Both the position numbers and the translations under genes were made by a program. The notes under the pieces were generated by a model. It ran no database searches, was not told the origin of the DNA, and saw only the letters and a program-made list of their open reading frames with translations. Below, one piece after another: positions 51,458 through 61,511 of a DNA stretch of 64,000 nt (the stretch's first letter is position 1; each line of letters begins with the position of its first letter). Source of the DNA: an uncultured Candidatus Peribacteria bacterium (GTDB lineage Bacteria > Patescibacteriota > Gracilibacteria > Absconditabacterales > Absconditicoccaceae); assembly GCA_964542965.1 (NCBI GenBank), contig CAZIVH010000002.1, forward strand, positions 487 to 64,486, written 5' to 3'.

Positions 51458-51742
51458 TTAAATGTTTTTGTTGTAGAGCGACATAAAGAAAGATTCGAAT
51501 AGATGATATTCTTCTGGGTGGAAGTCTATCACGATAGGATCATCATCATCGATAATATAGATCTTCACTCTCTTGTAGTCATCGAATTGCTCGGTGATGA
51601 TATATTTCACCTGTTGCTCAAAAACAATGAGACATGTTTCCTTGAGCGCGTTGGATTTACCATCGCTAAAACACACTTGAACACATTCTTTGGCTGGATT
51701 CTTTACATCCACCACTCTGAATAAATCGAAATCTAAGGCCAT
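51458..51742 (-). CDS. Hypothetical protein (94 aa)
   Basis: Intact ORF, ATG to TAA. Confidence 0.45.
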   Translation of the reverse strand: MALDFDLFRVVDVKNPAKECVQVCFSDGKSNALKETCLIVFEQQVKYIITEQFDDYKRVKIYIIDDDDPIVIDFHPEEYHLFESFFMSLYNKNI

Positions 51743-51753
51743 GGATCTTTATA

Positions 51754-52737
51754 TTATGAATAAAAAGTTTTTTTTTCGCTCAATTTCTGGATATTGAATT
51801 CCTTGAGCAAATTATACATCTGTTTGATATTTTCTGCAGTCACTTCCTGATCTATATCGATAATCTCTTCTACAATATTTTTCAAGAGCGTAACGATCAC
51901 CTGTTGTGCGGGCGTATGATATTTCTGATCTCTCTTGACTCGTTTCACGAAATCGGCTTTAGACAATCGTTGCAAGGTCTCCATCTCCTGAAGCATTTTT
52001 TCCATGGAGAGCGGCTGCATAAAATTACTTTCACTCATCATCCTCTCTTTTTCCTCATATTCTTTGATTGCCTTTTGGATAGCTGTGTATTGGAGCATCT
52101 TGATCATCTCTTCATGATTCACAATCCCATTGCTTTTTCACAGATCTATAGGATCTTCCCTCTTTTTTGCCGTATCACGGAGTTCTGCCTGCCCTCATTT
52201 CGGTGAATAGATAATGGCGTGGTCATTCAAAAATTTTCTAACGATCGCATGTTTATGGAGAGCTTCTTTCTCTGCCCATTCATACTCTTCTCTCGCTCGA
52301 GCGGTGATGACGAACAACGGCAACGATCCGTAGGACAATCCTTTGAGTTGAGAGACATTCCTTTTTGTAAAAACCTCAGGCGCAAATTCTCCAGTCCCTA
52401 TATGGACCAAAATATCCTCTCCCTCATATTGCATCAATGTATAGAGATATTCGTAATTATTCGTTTTCAGATCATCTTCGGTGTAGGCTCATTCTTCCGT
52501 ATATTTTCCGTAATTGATTATTTTTTCTGTCCCATAGCAATACTTAGCAAGCTTCGCTACCGTATCGATGACATGGTTTTTCATATATTCGGAAGCATCG
52601 TGCAATACTTCCACGATATCATCATTATGGTCGCGGATATTGGTTCTCTTGCCGTATACATGTTCTTTTTCCCTATATCTTTCCATACATGCCATGAGAA
52701 ATAAAAAGCCTATTGATTTAAGTATACTCGCAATCAT
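51754..52737 (-). CDS. Hypothetical protein (up to 327 aa; start uncertain)
   Basis: Track ORFs 51754-52122, 52195-52437 and 52489-52737 share a frame and are joined by TGA only. Alternative ATG starts at 52695 and 52686. Confidence 0.5.
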
Positions 52738-52801
52738 AAAAAAACACTAAAAAAAGACGCCTTTTGAGCGTCTTTCCCTGTACAATTTGCGAAATTATGA
52801 T

Positions 52802-53362
52802 TTACTTAGCTATTTCTATCACATAATAGATCTTTTTGGCTACCATATCGTATAATTCCATTACGGGAACTTCGTTGCTATATCCCATTTCTGTCATATA
52901 TTTTTTCAATGCTGGATAGACTTTGATCACTCCTGCCATATAAGAAACCGCGCTTTTTATAGGAAATTCCGCTACCATACTCATTTTTCCCCCGATATTC
53001 TTGATCTTGATTTCTGCGCTTTGAGGGACTTTGGTGATTTCATCGCCGACAACGATAGCTCATACATCACTTCTGAGATTCTCTCCAGATATCACCGCTG
53101 GATCATCATAATAGATTCCGATACCTGTTGCAGACAAAATTCCGACTCCTGACAATGCTAGATATACTTTATCCATGGATGGTCATACTTTGCTATAATC
53201 ACCTACAAATTCCGTATACGCTATCGTATATGGTCCCACCATCTGTTCTTTTACCTCGACTTTTTTGAATCCACCGAGATACCGCCGATTGATAAGCGCC
53301 AACACGAGGATGATGACAGCCAACCATAAGATGGTTTTGATGAATCTTCTGACAAATTTCAT
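52802..53362 (-). CDS. Membrane-anchored GyrI-like small-molecule-binding domain protein
   Basis: MKFVRRFIKTILWLAVIILVLALI (TM), then ...VGPYTIAYTEFVGDYSKV-G-PSMDKVY...IGIYYDDPAVISGENLRSDV-G-AIV... Gaps checked; extends track ORF 52802-52984. Confidence 0.5.
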
Positions 53363-53370
53363 TTTTTTTA

Positions 53371-53500
53371 TTAGTGAAAAGTTAAAAGTGAATAGTGAAA
53401 AGTGTAGGATAGATATATTATGAACTATTGTATATTACGATAGTTTATGAATATACAATTCTATCGTTTTTCACTTTTAGTTTTTCATTCTTAGTTAAAT
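53371..53500 (+). repeat. Intergenic core + heptad-arm element, copy 6 (core 53404-53466)
   Basis: Arm AGTGAAA/AGTTAAA/AGTGAAT/AGTGAAA. Core GTAGGATAGATATATTATGAACTATTGTATATTACGATAGTT (10-bp hairpin AACTATTGTA tat TACGATAGTT, 53423-53445). Arm TTTTCAC/TTTTAGT/TTTTCAT overlaps the pnp stop. Confidence 0.65.
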
Positions 53501-55627
53501 TTTTACTACTGCTACTTTACCGTCATTATCGATACTCTTGATCTTGACTCTAATGGTCTGGAAGAGTTTGAAATGATTGGTAAGCGGTAAATCATATCTC
53601 TGTCAGAGATTGGAGATATGACAAAGTCCCATCTTGCCTTTTGGTAATGCGACAAAAAGTCAGTAATCTTCTATCCTCTTGATCTTTGCGTCGAATTCCT
53701 GGCCGACTTCCAGATCGGAAGCAATTTCCAAAATAATAGCCTCGACTTCTGCGATAATCTCTGCTCTTGGATGAGTGATATAGCATGTTCCATCATCTTC
53801 GAAATCGATCTTCACGTGATCATGGGTATCAATGATATCGTTGATCACTTCTCCGCCCTTTCCGATCACTTCTCTCACTTTGTCTGGTTTGATGTGGATG
53901 ATCTTGATCTTCGGTGCATATTCTCCGACTTCTTTTCTTGGTTCAGCTATCGTCTGCAACATCACGTCCATGATCTCTGCATATCCTTCGAATGCTCTAT
54001 CAATGGTCTCATGAACGATATCCATAGTCAGCCCTTTCAATTTCGTATCGAGTTGGATAGCGGTCATACCGTCTTTGGTTCCTGCAACCTTGAAATCCAT
54101 ATCTCCGGTGAAATCTTCCGTAGCCATCAAATCGTTCAAGACGATATGCTTGGTAATATTGTCTTCATCATCATGATCTGTCATCAACCCCATAGCAATA
54201 CCCGCTACCGGCTTCTTGATGGGCACTCCTGCTGCCATGAGCGACAAAGTCGATCCACAGACAGATCCCATAGAGGTAGATCCACCTGATCCTAAACATT
54301 CTGAAACCGCTCTGATGGTATAGGGGAATTCTTCCATAGAAGGAAGAACTTTTTCCAATGCTTTTTCTGCCAATCTTCCATGTCAGATTTCTCTTCTTCC
54401 TGTGCCTCTCGTTCCTTTTGCATCACCGACACTGAACGGAGGGAAATTGTAATGATGGAAATATCTCTGATGAACGCCATCATTTTCCATGTCGTCGAGG
54501 ATCAGATATTCTTTTGGTCCTCACAAAGTAACGGTAGTCAATACCTGAGTATCTCCTCTCCGGAACAATCCGCTTCCATGTACTCTTGGTAAGGTATCCA
54601 CTTCACAGTAGATAGGTCTGATATCTTTCTGATCCCTGTCGTCGATCCTTTTTCCTGTATCTAATGTGCGATGACGCAAGAAATATTTGATGACGTTGAA
54701 TACCGCCATTTTCACCTTAGTCTCTGTGAAATCTGTTTGCTCTGCATCAGCGATCTTGTCTTTGCAAAGTTCCAGCACCTCTTTTTCATATTGTGCAGAT
54801 AAGGTATTGAACGGCACTTTGGTATTGCCTGCTAATGCGTCCAATTTATCCTGAGTAAGAATATTTTTGACATATGCGATCAATTCTTCAGAAGGCTTAT
54901 TATAGGTAATCTCTTGCATCGTTGGATTGACGGTCTTGAGAAATTCTGTCTGAAAATCGCATGATGCGTCGATCGCTTTCTGACCGACTACGAACGCTTC
55001 CTTCAGAAGATCCTTGGGAACCTCATTTCCTTCCGCTTCGATCATATTGATAGAGCCTTTCTTTCCTGCGACTAACAATAAGAAGAAACTTTTTTCTGAT
55101 TCTGCTTTGGTCGGATTGATGACAAACTGTCCGTCGATATATCCTATCATCGCTGCGCCTACAGGCCCGTCAAATGGGATACCTGCTGCCATGATAGACA
55201 TAGAGGAACCGATAATAGTCGAGACTCCTAAATCCATAGTATGATCGATTGCCAATGGCGTAATCGTGATGACGACGTCATTGATCATACCCTTAGGAAA
55301 CATAGGTCTGAGCGCTCTATCGGTAAGTCTGCAGTACAAAATGTTTTGGTCGGAAGGTCTACCTTCTCTTCTTCTGTACGCTGCTCCTCCGAGTCTTCCT
55401 GCAGCTGAGAAGCTTTCTCTAAAGTCGATCATCAACGGTAAGAAATCAGAATCTGATCTTGGATTCTTCTCCATGACAGTAGAACACAATAATGCGTTGT
55501 CTTGGAATTTGATTTCTAATGAACAGTCTGCTTGGACTGCTAATTTTCCCGTCTCGAACGAGAGTTTCTTACCTTCTCGATCGAAGGATTGTGCGTGGAG
55601 CGTAAACTCCTTTTTTTTAATAGGCAT
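53495..55627 (-). CDS. pnp: Polyribonucleotide nucleotidyltransferase (PNPase, 710 aa)
   Basis: Track ORFs 53660-54373 and 54521-55627 joined: ...[24 protein letters not shown]-[TGA 54383-54385]-HGRLAEKAL... S1 domain ...[22 protein letters not shown]... TAA 53495. Gaps checked. Confidence 0.9.
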
Positions 55628-55674
55628 GAGAAAAAATAATGAGGGTAAAAAGTCGAAAGAAAATACATGTAATT

Positions 55675-55815
55675 AGACAGATTAAAATAATTAATAATGA
55701 ATAATTAATAGTGAATAATGATGGTATTTGTCTTAGTATGAACTATGGTAATGTACCATAATTTCCATCAACTTTCAACTATAAACTATCAACTATCAAC
55801 TCTTTTAATCTGTCT
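55675..55815 (+). repeat. Intergenic core + heptad-arm element, copy 5, closed by a perfect 13-bp inverted repeat; lies in the pnp 5' region
   Basis: AGACAGATTAAAA (55675-55687) pairs with TTTTAATCTGTCT (55803-55815). Arm AATAATT/AATAATG/AATAATT/AATAGTG/AATAATG. Core GATGGTATTTGTCTTAGTATGAACTATGGTAATGTACCATAATTTCC (hairpin TATGGTA atg TACCATA). Right arm AACTTTC/AACTATA/AACTATC/AACTATC. Confidence 0.7.
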
Positions 55816-55844
55816 TTCTAATTCTCAGTTTTCTTTCATCCGGA

Positions 55845-55872
55845 AATATAGCAATTCTTAGGTAAATTGCAA
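55845..55872 (-). promoter_or_regulatory. Putative pnp promoter upstream of repeat copy 5
   Basis: On the minus strand TTGCAA (55867-55872), 16 nt, TATATT (55845-50). This would place copy 5 in the pnp 5' UTR. Confidence 0.4.
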
Positions 55873-55891
55873 AAGAATCGTGTTTTAAATC

Positions 55892-55923
55892 AAAAAAAAT
55901 CAGCCCGGGGTTACCGGACTGAT
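55892..55923 (-). terminator. Terminator of the 55942-56547 gene
   Basis: rc ATCAGTCCGGtaaccCCGGGCTGAT followed by T8. Confidence 0.6.
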
Positions 55924-55941
55924 CTTGTTACGAACTTCTTG

Positions 55942-56547
55942 TTATTCTACTGTTATGGTCATGTAAGCAGAATCACTGCAACCAACATAATAATTCCTTA
56001 CTATAACACAATACACTCCTGGTTTAGTAGCAACAAAGTCTTTATTTTCTGTACCAGGAAGAGGCATAAAATTATACATCCAGGAGTACATCATTTGTTC
56101 TTCATCACCTACTACGTTGGCATGCAATACGATAGAATCTCCTTGTGAAATTGAGCCTTTATCGGCAGTGATAGTCACCTTAGGACGAGAAGCTACCACT
56201 AAATAAACATCATTTAGCATTGTAGATACATGTCCTGTAGTTACATTTTTTCCTTGTACCGTATACGGACCCATCAATGAACAATATCCTAACGATAACT
56301 GAGAACCGGTGCCCATTACTGGTTGTCCAATCGAAACAAGAACGTTTTTATCAGTAACGTCGTAGAAGAACAACTGATATTCAACTCCTCTTTCCGATCC
56401 GGATAATCGAACAGTAGAGGTTGTCCCTTCACATATAAAAGGATTATCAATCGTTACACCGAACAATACAGGAGCAATCGAATCAGAATCTTGGCCATAA
56501 CTTGCCACCATCGCGGTGATGAAGGCAAAAAAAAGAAATGTTTTCAT
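55942..56547 (-). CDS. Secreted Ig-like-domain protein, paralogue 1 (201 aa)
   Basis: Signal MKTFLFFAFITAMVASYG. Motif VRLSGSERGVEYQLFF...GQPVMGTGSQLSLG is shared with paralogue 2. No TGA codon. Confidence 0.6.
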   Translation of the reverse strand: MKTFLFFAFITAMVASYGQDSDSIAPVLFGVTIDNPFICEGTTSTVRLSGSERGVEYQLFFYDVTDKNVLVSIGQPVMGTGSQLSLGYCSLMGPYTVQGKNVTTGHVSTMLNDVYLVVASRPKVTITADKGSISQGDSIVLHANVVGDEEQMMYSWMYNFMPLPGTENKDFVATKPGVYCVIVRNYYVGCSDSAYMTITVE

Positions 56548-56591
56548 TGTTTTGTGTTTTTATTGTGTTTTTTTGTTTTTTTCGTTATCCA

Positions 56592-56620
56592 TTCTATATA
56601 TATTTTCTATTAAATGTCAA
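56592..56620 (-). promoter_or_regulatory. Promoter of paralogue 1 (33-nt block identical to 57558-57590)
   Basis: rc AAAAAGGTTGACATTTAATAGAAAATATATATA: TTGACA followed 16-18 nt later by TATAGA/TAGAAT. Confidence 0.5.
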
Positions 56621-56718
56621 CCTTTTTATATAAGAAATATATCTCGGGTCGTTTCGAGGCGACAGCCGAGAAACCTACGCTTTATTTCTAGGATTTCTCC
56701 CTTCGGTCGAAATGAAAT

Positions 56719-56749
56719 AAAAAAAATCAGTCCAGAAAACCGGACTGAT
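56719..56749 (-). terminator. Terminator of the 56766-57512 gene
   Basis: rc ATCAGTCCggttttctGGACTGAT followed by T8. The stem is nearly identical to the terminator at 55892-55923. Confidence 0.65.
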
Positions 56750-56765
56750 GTATAGAAAAGATTTT

Positions 56766-57512
56766 TTACTTCCTTTTGTACATCTTGGGAGGATATACTT
56801 TACCCGTACAAGGAGGCTTCATTTCTGTGTGGTTGCCGAAACCTAGCCTTTTACGATTCAAAATCCCATAAACAACAAGTAGGAATACCCCAGCGAACAC
56901 CATGATAGCAATCCAATTAGACGTTTCTGAGCTAGAATCACCAGATGATTCTAAACCGGGATTACCATCTTTTTCATCCATACTTACCGTAGTCTTTTTT
57001 ACGAGATAGTCACCACTCACCTGCTTAGCTATGGTAACATCACCGCTTACGTATTCTACTGGTTTCCATGTCTTTCCACCATCATTAGACGCCTCATAAG
57101 AAGAATGCGATTTCTTATAGCCACGTAATGTTTGGAAAGCCGTCTTGATATCAGATGAAGTGATCATATTTTTCATCTCATATTCTCCGCATGGATTGAA
57201 CGCTTTCACCATACAGGTGATGTTTTCACGACCTTCCGGCAAGGGGAAGCGAATTGGACTGCCTGTTCCGGCGATAGTATTGCCAACAGGTTTGAATTCC
57301 GTTTTCTCTTCATTTCCTTTCACAAAGAGCTGATAACATACATTTTCTTCTGAGCCGGAAAGATTGAGGTAAATGACGGAATCATCCTGAGCTATGCCTA
57401 CTTCCAATTCAAATGTAGTAGGTGCGGCCATAATAATTCTACGGAATGCCTGAGCCTGTGTTGCATTCACCATTCCGGCGAGAAGTGCAACAAACACAAT
57501 AATTTTTTTCAT
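56766..57512 (-). CDS. Secreted/membrane-anchored Ig-like-domain protein, paralogue 2 (248 aa)
   Basis: Signal MKKIIVFVALLAGMVNATQA. LNLSGSEENVCYQLFV...GNTIAGTGSPIRFP. C-terminal TM WIAIMVFAGVFLLVVYGIL plus a basic tail. No TGA codon. Confidence 0.6.
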   Translation of the reverse strand: MKKIIVFVALLAGMVNATQAQAFRRIIMAAPTTFELEVGIAQDDSVIYLNLSGSEENVCYQLFVKGNEEKTEFKPVGNTIAGTGSPIRFPLPEGRENITCMVKAFNPCGEYEMKNMITSSDIKTAFQTLRGYKKSHSSYEASNDGGKTWKPVEYVSGDVTIAKQVSGDYLVKKTTVSMDEKDGNPGLESSGDSSSETSNWIAIMVFAGVFLLVVYGILNRKRLGFGNHTEMKPPCTGKVYPPKMYKRK

Positions 57513-57554
57513 AATCAGATTTTATTTAGTTTGTTTTGTTTACTTTATTATATA

Positions 57555-57583
57555 TCTTATATATATTTTCTATTAAATGTCAA
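57555..57583 (-). promoter_or_regulatory. Promoter of paralogue 2 (duplicate of 56592-56620)
   Basis: The same 33-nt sequence, tatatatattttctattaaatgtcaaccttttt, at 57558-57590. Confidence 0.5.
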
Positions 57584-57670
57584 CCTTTTTTACTCCATCC
57601 CTATCTCTTCCTCTAAAATAAATGAAGGGCAAAATTCCCTCTATTTTAGAGGGCTTTAGGGAGTAATTTT

Positions 57671-58111
57671 TTAGTAATGATAACTCTTTCCCTGCTCTAT
57701 CGTTGAAATCCTATACAGTTGTTCCAACAAGGTCACTTTCGCTAAGCCGTGCGGCAAGGTAATCGCTCAGAAAGAAATCTTACTATCTATATGCTTACTT
57801 AATTCTGGTTCATTCAGCCCGTAGGGTCCGCCGATAACAAACACACAGTTTTGATTCGTAAGCAGTTTGTGTAATGCCAATGTATCCAACTGTTTTCCTT
57901 CCTTACTTAACAAAATTTTTTTATATGCTGAAAATTTTTCAAGCTTAGCGATGATATTCTCTGTATCGGCTTTGATCATCTGTTCGGTATTCCCTTTCCT
58001 CGAGGGGGTAATATTTTCTATTTTCACAGATTTTCATAAACGCTTGGTATACTCCTCGACGACAGCATTCCAGTGTTTATCGCTATCGGAGATACTTAGG
58101 ATAATAAACAT
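57671..58111 (-). CDS. rlmH: 23S rRNA (pseudouridine1915-N3)-methyltransferase RlmH
   Basis: MFIILSISDSDKHWNAVVEEYTKRL-G-KSVKIENI...CVFVIGGPYGLNEPEL...SF-G-AITLPHGLAKVTLLEQLYR: SPOUT family pattern. Extends track ORF 57767-58027. Confidence 0.8.
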
Positions 58112-58116
58112 ACTTT

Positions 58117-58260
58117 CAGTGAAAAACTAAAAACTAAAAGTGAAAAACGAATGATTGATCTTTGTATTAACTATCACCATTTTACAATAGTCAATTTCAG
58201 CAATACCTACACTATTCACTTTTCACTATTCACTATTCACTTTTCACTTTTCACTAATAC
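58117..58260 (-). repeat. Intergenic core + heptad-arm element, copy 7 (core 58150-58212, reverse orientation)
   Basis: rc core GTGTAGGTATTGCTGAAATTGACTATTGTAAAATGGTGATAGTTAATAC (near-identical to copy 2 over GGTATTGCTGAAAT.GACTATTGTA). Arms AGTGAAA/AACTAAA/AACTAAA/AGTGAAA and TATTCAC/TTTTCAC/TATTCAC/TATTCAC/TTTTCAC/TTTTCAC. The last arm overlaps the obg 3' end. Confidence 0.7.
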
Positions 58261-59741
58261 TGTATATATCTCGGCTCCAGTCACTCGTACGGACTCAACA
58301 CTTTCAAAACGTCTCCTTTCTGGATGCCCCTATTCTCGAACTCATCAAGCAAACCTTTACTACTCATCTGTTTCCGGAACCGTGCTTCAGCTTCATCATT
58401 TCCTCGCGGCAACTGCCGAACGAGTTTAGCGATTTCCTCATTATAGATTTCCCGGACATTGACATACTCTGCGTCGGTAGCAGTCAAATATTCATGCTCG
58501 ATCAAGAATGGTTTTTCTATTTCGCTGATATTGGCTATAGAATCTTTTCTCTTTTTTATCTCTCTATGCTGAATATGCTCAAAATGATAAACTTCCTGGG
58601 TATCTGTCTTTTTGATCATTTCTACTACATGATTCAATCGTTCGTCGACACCGAAATGAGTCGCTGCCGAAATCGTGAAGGTATGCTGGGTCAAAAGTTT
58701 TTTCGTAATCTTGGTTCAGATCTTGTTCTTTTTGAAAAATCATAGAATCTCCTTCCAAAGTTGTTCCTGATACTCCTTCAAAATATCCTGATCATTGACC
58801 AGATCATATTTATTGATGAGGAACATCATCCTTTTCTCGATAACAAGATTCCCTTCTTCGTAGGCATAGAACGTAATGAAGCCATCATCCTCCCTAATCT
58901 GCACTTCGAGATATTTATCTTCGCCTCAGAGTTTGGTATTAGCATATGCGACGATTTCCTCTAACAATTCTGGTATCTCGGTGATTCCTTGATCATATCT
59001 GGAGATATCGCACATCAAACAAAAGACCCTCGCTTTGAGCACATGACGGAGGAACGCATTGCCAAGTCCTTTCCCTTCCGCAGCTCCCTTGATCAATCCA
59101 GGGATATCAATGACATTGAAATTCGTCTTCTGTACAGTCACAGAACCTAAGTTAGGAACCAATGTCGTGAACGGATAATCAGCGACTTTTGCTTTGGTGT
59201 TTGAGATGGTATTGATCAACGACGTCTTGCCCACTGAGGGCGTTCAGATCAACGCGACATCAGCCAAAAGCTGGAGTTCAAGCACGATCTCTTTTTTATT
59301 TCCCGGTTCGCCGAGCAAGCAAAATGACGGATATTGATGGACCGCATCCTTGAAATGCATATTCCCCACTCCTCATTCACCGCCATACACCGCTGTTCGC
59401 TGTTCTCCATCCTGAGTGAACGCATGAAGGATCTCATCGGTCTGTTTGTCTCTTATGATAGTTCATACAGGGACAATCAATGTCAGGTTCTCAGCATTGG
59501 CACCATATTGATCCTTTGATTTTCCCGGTTCTCCCGGCAAGGCTTTGAAGTTGGATTTGTACCTATATGCTTGTAGAGTGTTTTCGTCTTTGTCCGCTTG
59601 GAAAACAACTGATCCTCCATCTCCTCCATTTCCTCCCGAAGGACCTCAAAAAGGCACGCCTGCCTCTCTTCTTCAGGTGACTGTTCCATCTCCTCATTTT
59701 CCCGATTGGACGGTAATCGTGATTTCATCATAAAAACGCAT
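58254..59741 (-). CDS. obg: GTPase Obg/CgtA (495 aa)
   Basis: [47 protein letters not shown] (Gly-rich Obg fold). ...LELQLLADVALI-[TGA 59244-59246]-TPSVGKTSLI (Walker A). Every line from 58201 to 59701 checked. Track ORF 59483-59731 is an off-frame artefact. Confidence 0.9.
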
Positions 59742-59754
59742 AACTCGCTTCGCG

Positions 59755-59830
59755 AAATTAATAATTAAAAATTAAGAATTAAGAATGTAGGTAGTATCTT
59801 ATTATGGACTACTGTAATAAAGTCTATGAG
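59755..59830 (+). repeat. Intergenic core + heptad-arm element, copy 8 (left arm plus core only)
   Basis: Arm AATTAAT/AATTAAA/AATTAAG/AATTAAG. Core GTAGGTAGTATCTTATTATGGACTACTGTAATAAAGTCTATGAG (hairpin ATGGACT...AGTCTAT). Confidence 0.6.
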
Positions 59831-59840
59831 AAAAACAATC

Positions 59841-59871
59841 AAAAAAAAGGACGCCGTAAACAACGACGTCC
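59841..59871 (-). terminator. Terminator of the PhoH-like gene
   Basis: rc GGACGtcgttgtttacggCGTCC followed by T8. Confidence 0.5.
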
Positions 59872-59891
59872 CTACTACAAATACATTAGTA

Positions 59892-61385
59892 TTACAACAC
59901 ATTAGCTGCTATCTCTGCAAGCTCACTACGTTCGCCCTTCTCAAGTTTGATATGAGCGAAAAGCGGTTGTCCTACCATTTTGAACACCACATACGATAAT
60001 CCATTGGATCGTGAATCCAAATACGGAGTATCGATCTGTCCCGCATCACCGCAAAGGATAATCTTGGTATTTTCCCCTGCACGAGTCACGATAGTCTTCA
60101 TTTCATGAGGAGTCAGATTCTGTGTCTCATCGATAATGAACACGATATTGTTCAAACTTCGTCCACGGATTGCTGCCAAAGGCTGAATCTTGAGTTTTCC
60201 TTCATCTATCAAGATGGAGACAAAATCATCCTTGATTTCCGGTTCTGCTTTCTGAGGACTCTTTTTCTTCTTTTGTTTCGCTTCAGGTTTCACATCTACA
60301 GGATTTCCCTTTTTACCTCTGTGCAAACTCTTGATCAGATCAAGATTGTCATACAACCCCTGCATAAACGGAGCTACTTTTTCTTTCAGATCGCCAGGCA
60401 ACGCACCGATATCCTTATTACTCAAGGGTACGGTTGCTGCTGCAAGGACTAACATATCGCATTTACCCTGCTTAAGTAGATGAAGACCTACCGCTATCGC
60501 GAGCAACGTCTTACCGGTGCCAGCTATGCCAAACAGGGAAATAAGTTTGATATCGTCCTGTAGCATAAGGTTGATGGCGAAAGTCTGCTCCGCATTTCTG
60601 GGAGTAATCCCAGATATTGGCTGCATTTTTTCCACACGATACATTTTTTTCATTGTGGGATTCAATCGCGCCAATACACTACGATTGTCAGTACTCAGGA
60701 TAAAGCACATGTTGGGTTGCTTATCTTCCGGAAGGAGCTTCAGATGCTCCTCTGTCAATTCTACGCCTTTCTCGATATTTTCCTTGTACAGATCGGAAAT
60801 CAATCCAGAAAGATTTTCATTTTTAACTTCTTTTTTTCCGGTGTAGAGTTCATCAACATTAGCTACCTTGTCATTTTCGTAATCTTGAGCTTCCATATTA
60901 ATCCCTTCCGCTTTCAATCGGAGGTTTATGTCCTTACTCACTAAGATTACCTTCTTGTCCTGATTTTTGTCTATCACGTGACAGACGGCACTGAGAATGC
61001 GATGATCGCCTTTTTCCTCGTGAAAAATGTCTTTTACTCGACTGTGGAGTTTTCTCGGAAAGGTTTTGATATGGATCTTACCCATATTTTCACCCAACGA
61101 AACTCCACCATTGAACAATGCAGACACCTCTTTTTTCTCTTTGCCTTTACCGCCTTTCCCGGTATTGACTTCCTGCGTGATACGGACCTTGCGAAACTCA
61201 TCAAGTTGACGATGAAATTCACGGACATTGAATCCTCTTGCATCGCTGTGCTTCTTGTAGGTATCAAGTTCCTCCAATACCGTCATCGGAATGACTACAT
61301 CATGTTCCTGGAACTTATGGATACATGTATGATCATGCATAATCACGTTCGTATCCAGAACGAATACTTTTTTTTCTTTTGCCAT
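59892..61385 (-). CDS. PIN-domain plus PhoH-like ATPase (YlaK-type), 497 aa
   Basis: Intact ORF: N-terminal VFVLDTNVIMHD (PIN); ...LFGIAGTGKTLLAIAVG (Walker A); ...VFIIDETQNLTPHE (Walker B). No TGA codon. Confidence 0.8.
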   Translation of the reverse strand: MAKEKKVFVLDTNVIMHDHTCIHKFQEHDVVIPMTVLEELDTYKKHSDARGFNVREFHRQLDEFRKVRITQEVNTGKGGKGKEKKEVSALFNGGVSLGENMGKIHIKTFPRKLHSRVKDIFHEEKGDHRILSAVCHVIDKNQDKKVILVSKDINLRLKAEGINMEAQDYENDKVANVDELYTGKKEVKNENLSGLISDLYKENIEKGVELTEEHLKLLPEDKQPNMCFILSTDNRSVLARLNPTMKKMYRVEKMQPISGITPRNAEQTFAINLMLQDDIKLISLFGIAGTGKTLLAIAVGLHLLKQGKCDMLVLAAATVPLSNKDIGALPGDLKEKVAPFMQGLYDNLDLIKSLHRGKKGNPVDVKPEAKQKKKKSPQKAEPEIKDDFVSILIDEGKLKIQPLAAIRGRSLNNIVFIIDETQNLTPHEMKTIVTRAGENTKIILCGDAGQIDTPYLDSRSNGLSYVVFKMVGQPLFAHIKLEKGERSELAEIAANVL

Positions 61386-61483
61386 ATGCGTTAGATTTTG
61401 TTTTTAATTACCATATATATTACCCACAAAAAAACAATATCATTTTCCGTTAAATAAACTTTTTGGGAAATATAAAAATACAG

Positions 61484-61511
61484 TTGATTTTTTACCTATT
61501 ATCACTATAAG
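61484..61511 (+). promoter_or_regulatory. Putative promoter for the tRNA-like leader / GIY-YIG / tRNA-Lys unit
   Basis: TTGATT (61484-61489), 16 nt, TATAAG (61506-61511). Confidence 0.35.

Noticed and set aside
56643-56672. GC-rich hairpin TCTCGGGTCG-tttcgagg-CGACAGCCGAGA as a riboswitch or ncRNA.
   Set aside because: It is a single short stem with no conserved flanks that I can recognise. It is mentioned under the paralogue cassette but is not callable as a feature.
59483-59731. Track ORF MMKSRLPSNRENEEMEQ... as a gene.
   Set aside because: It is off-frame within obg. The correct frame gives the Gly-rich Obg N-terminus ([30 protein letters not shown]) once UGA is read as Gly.
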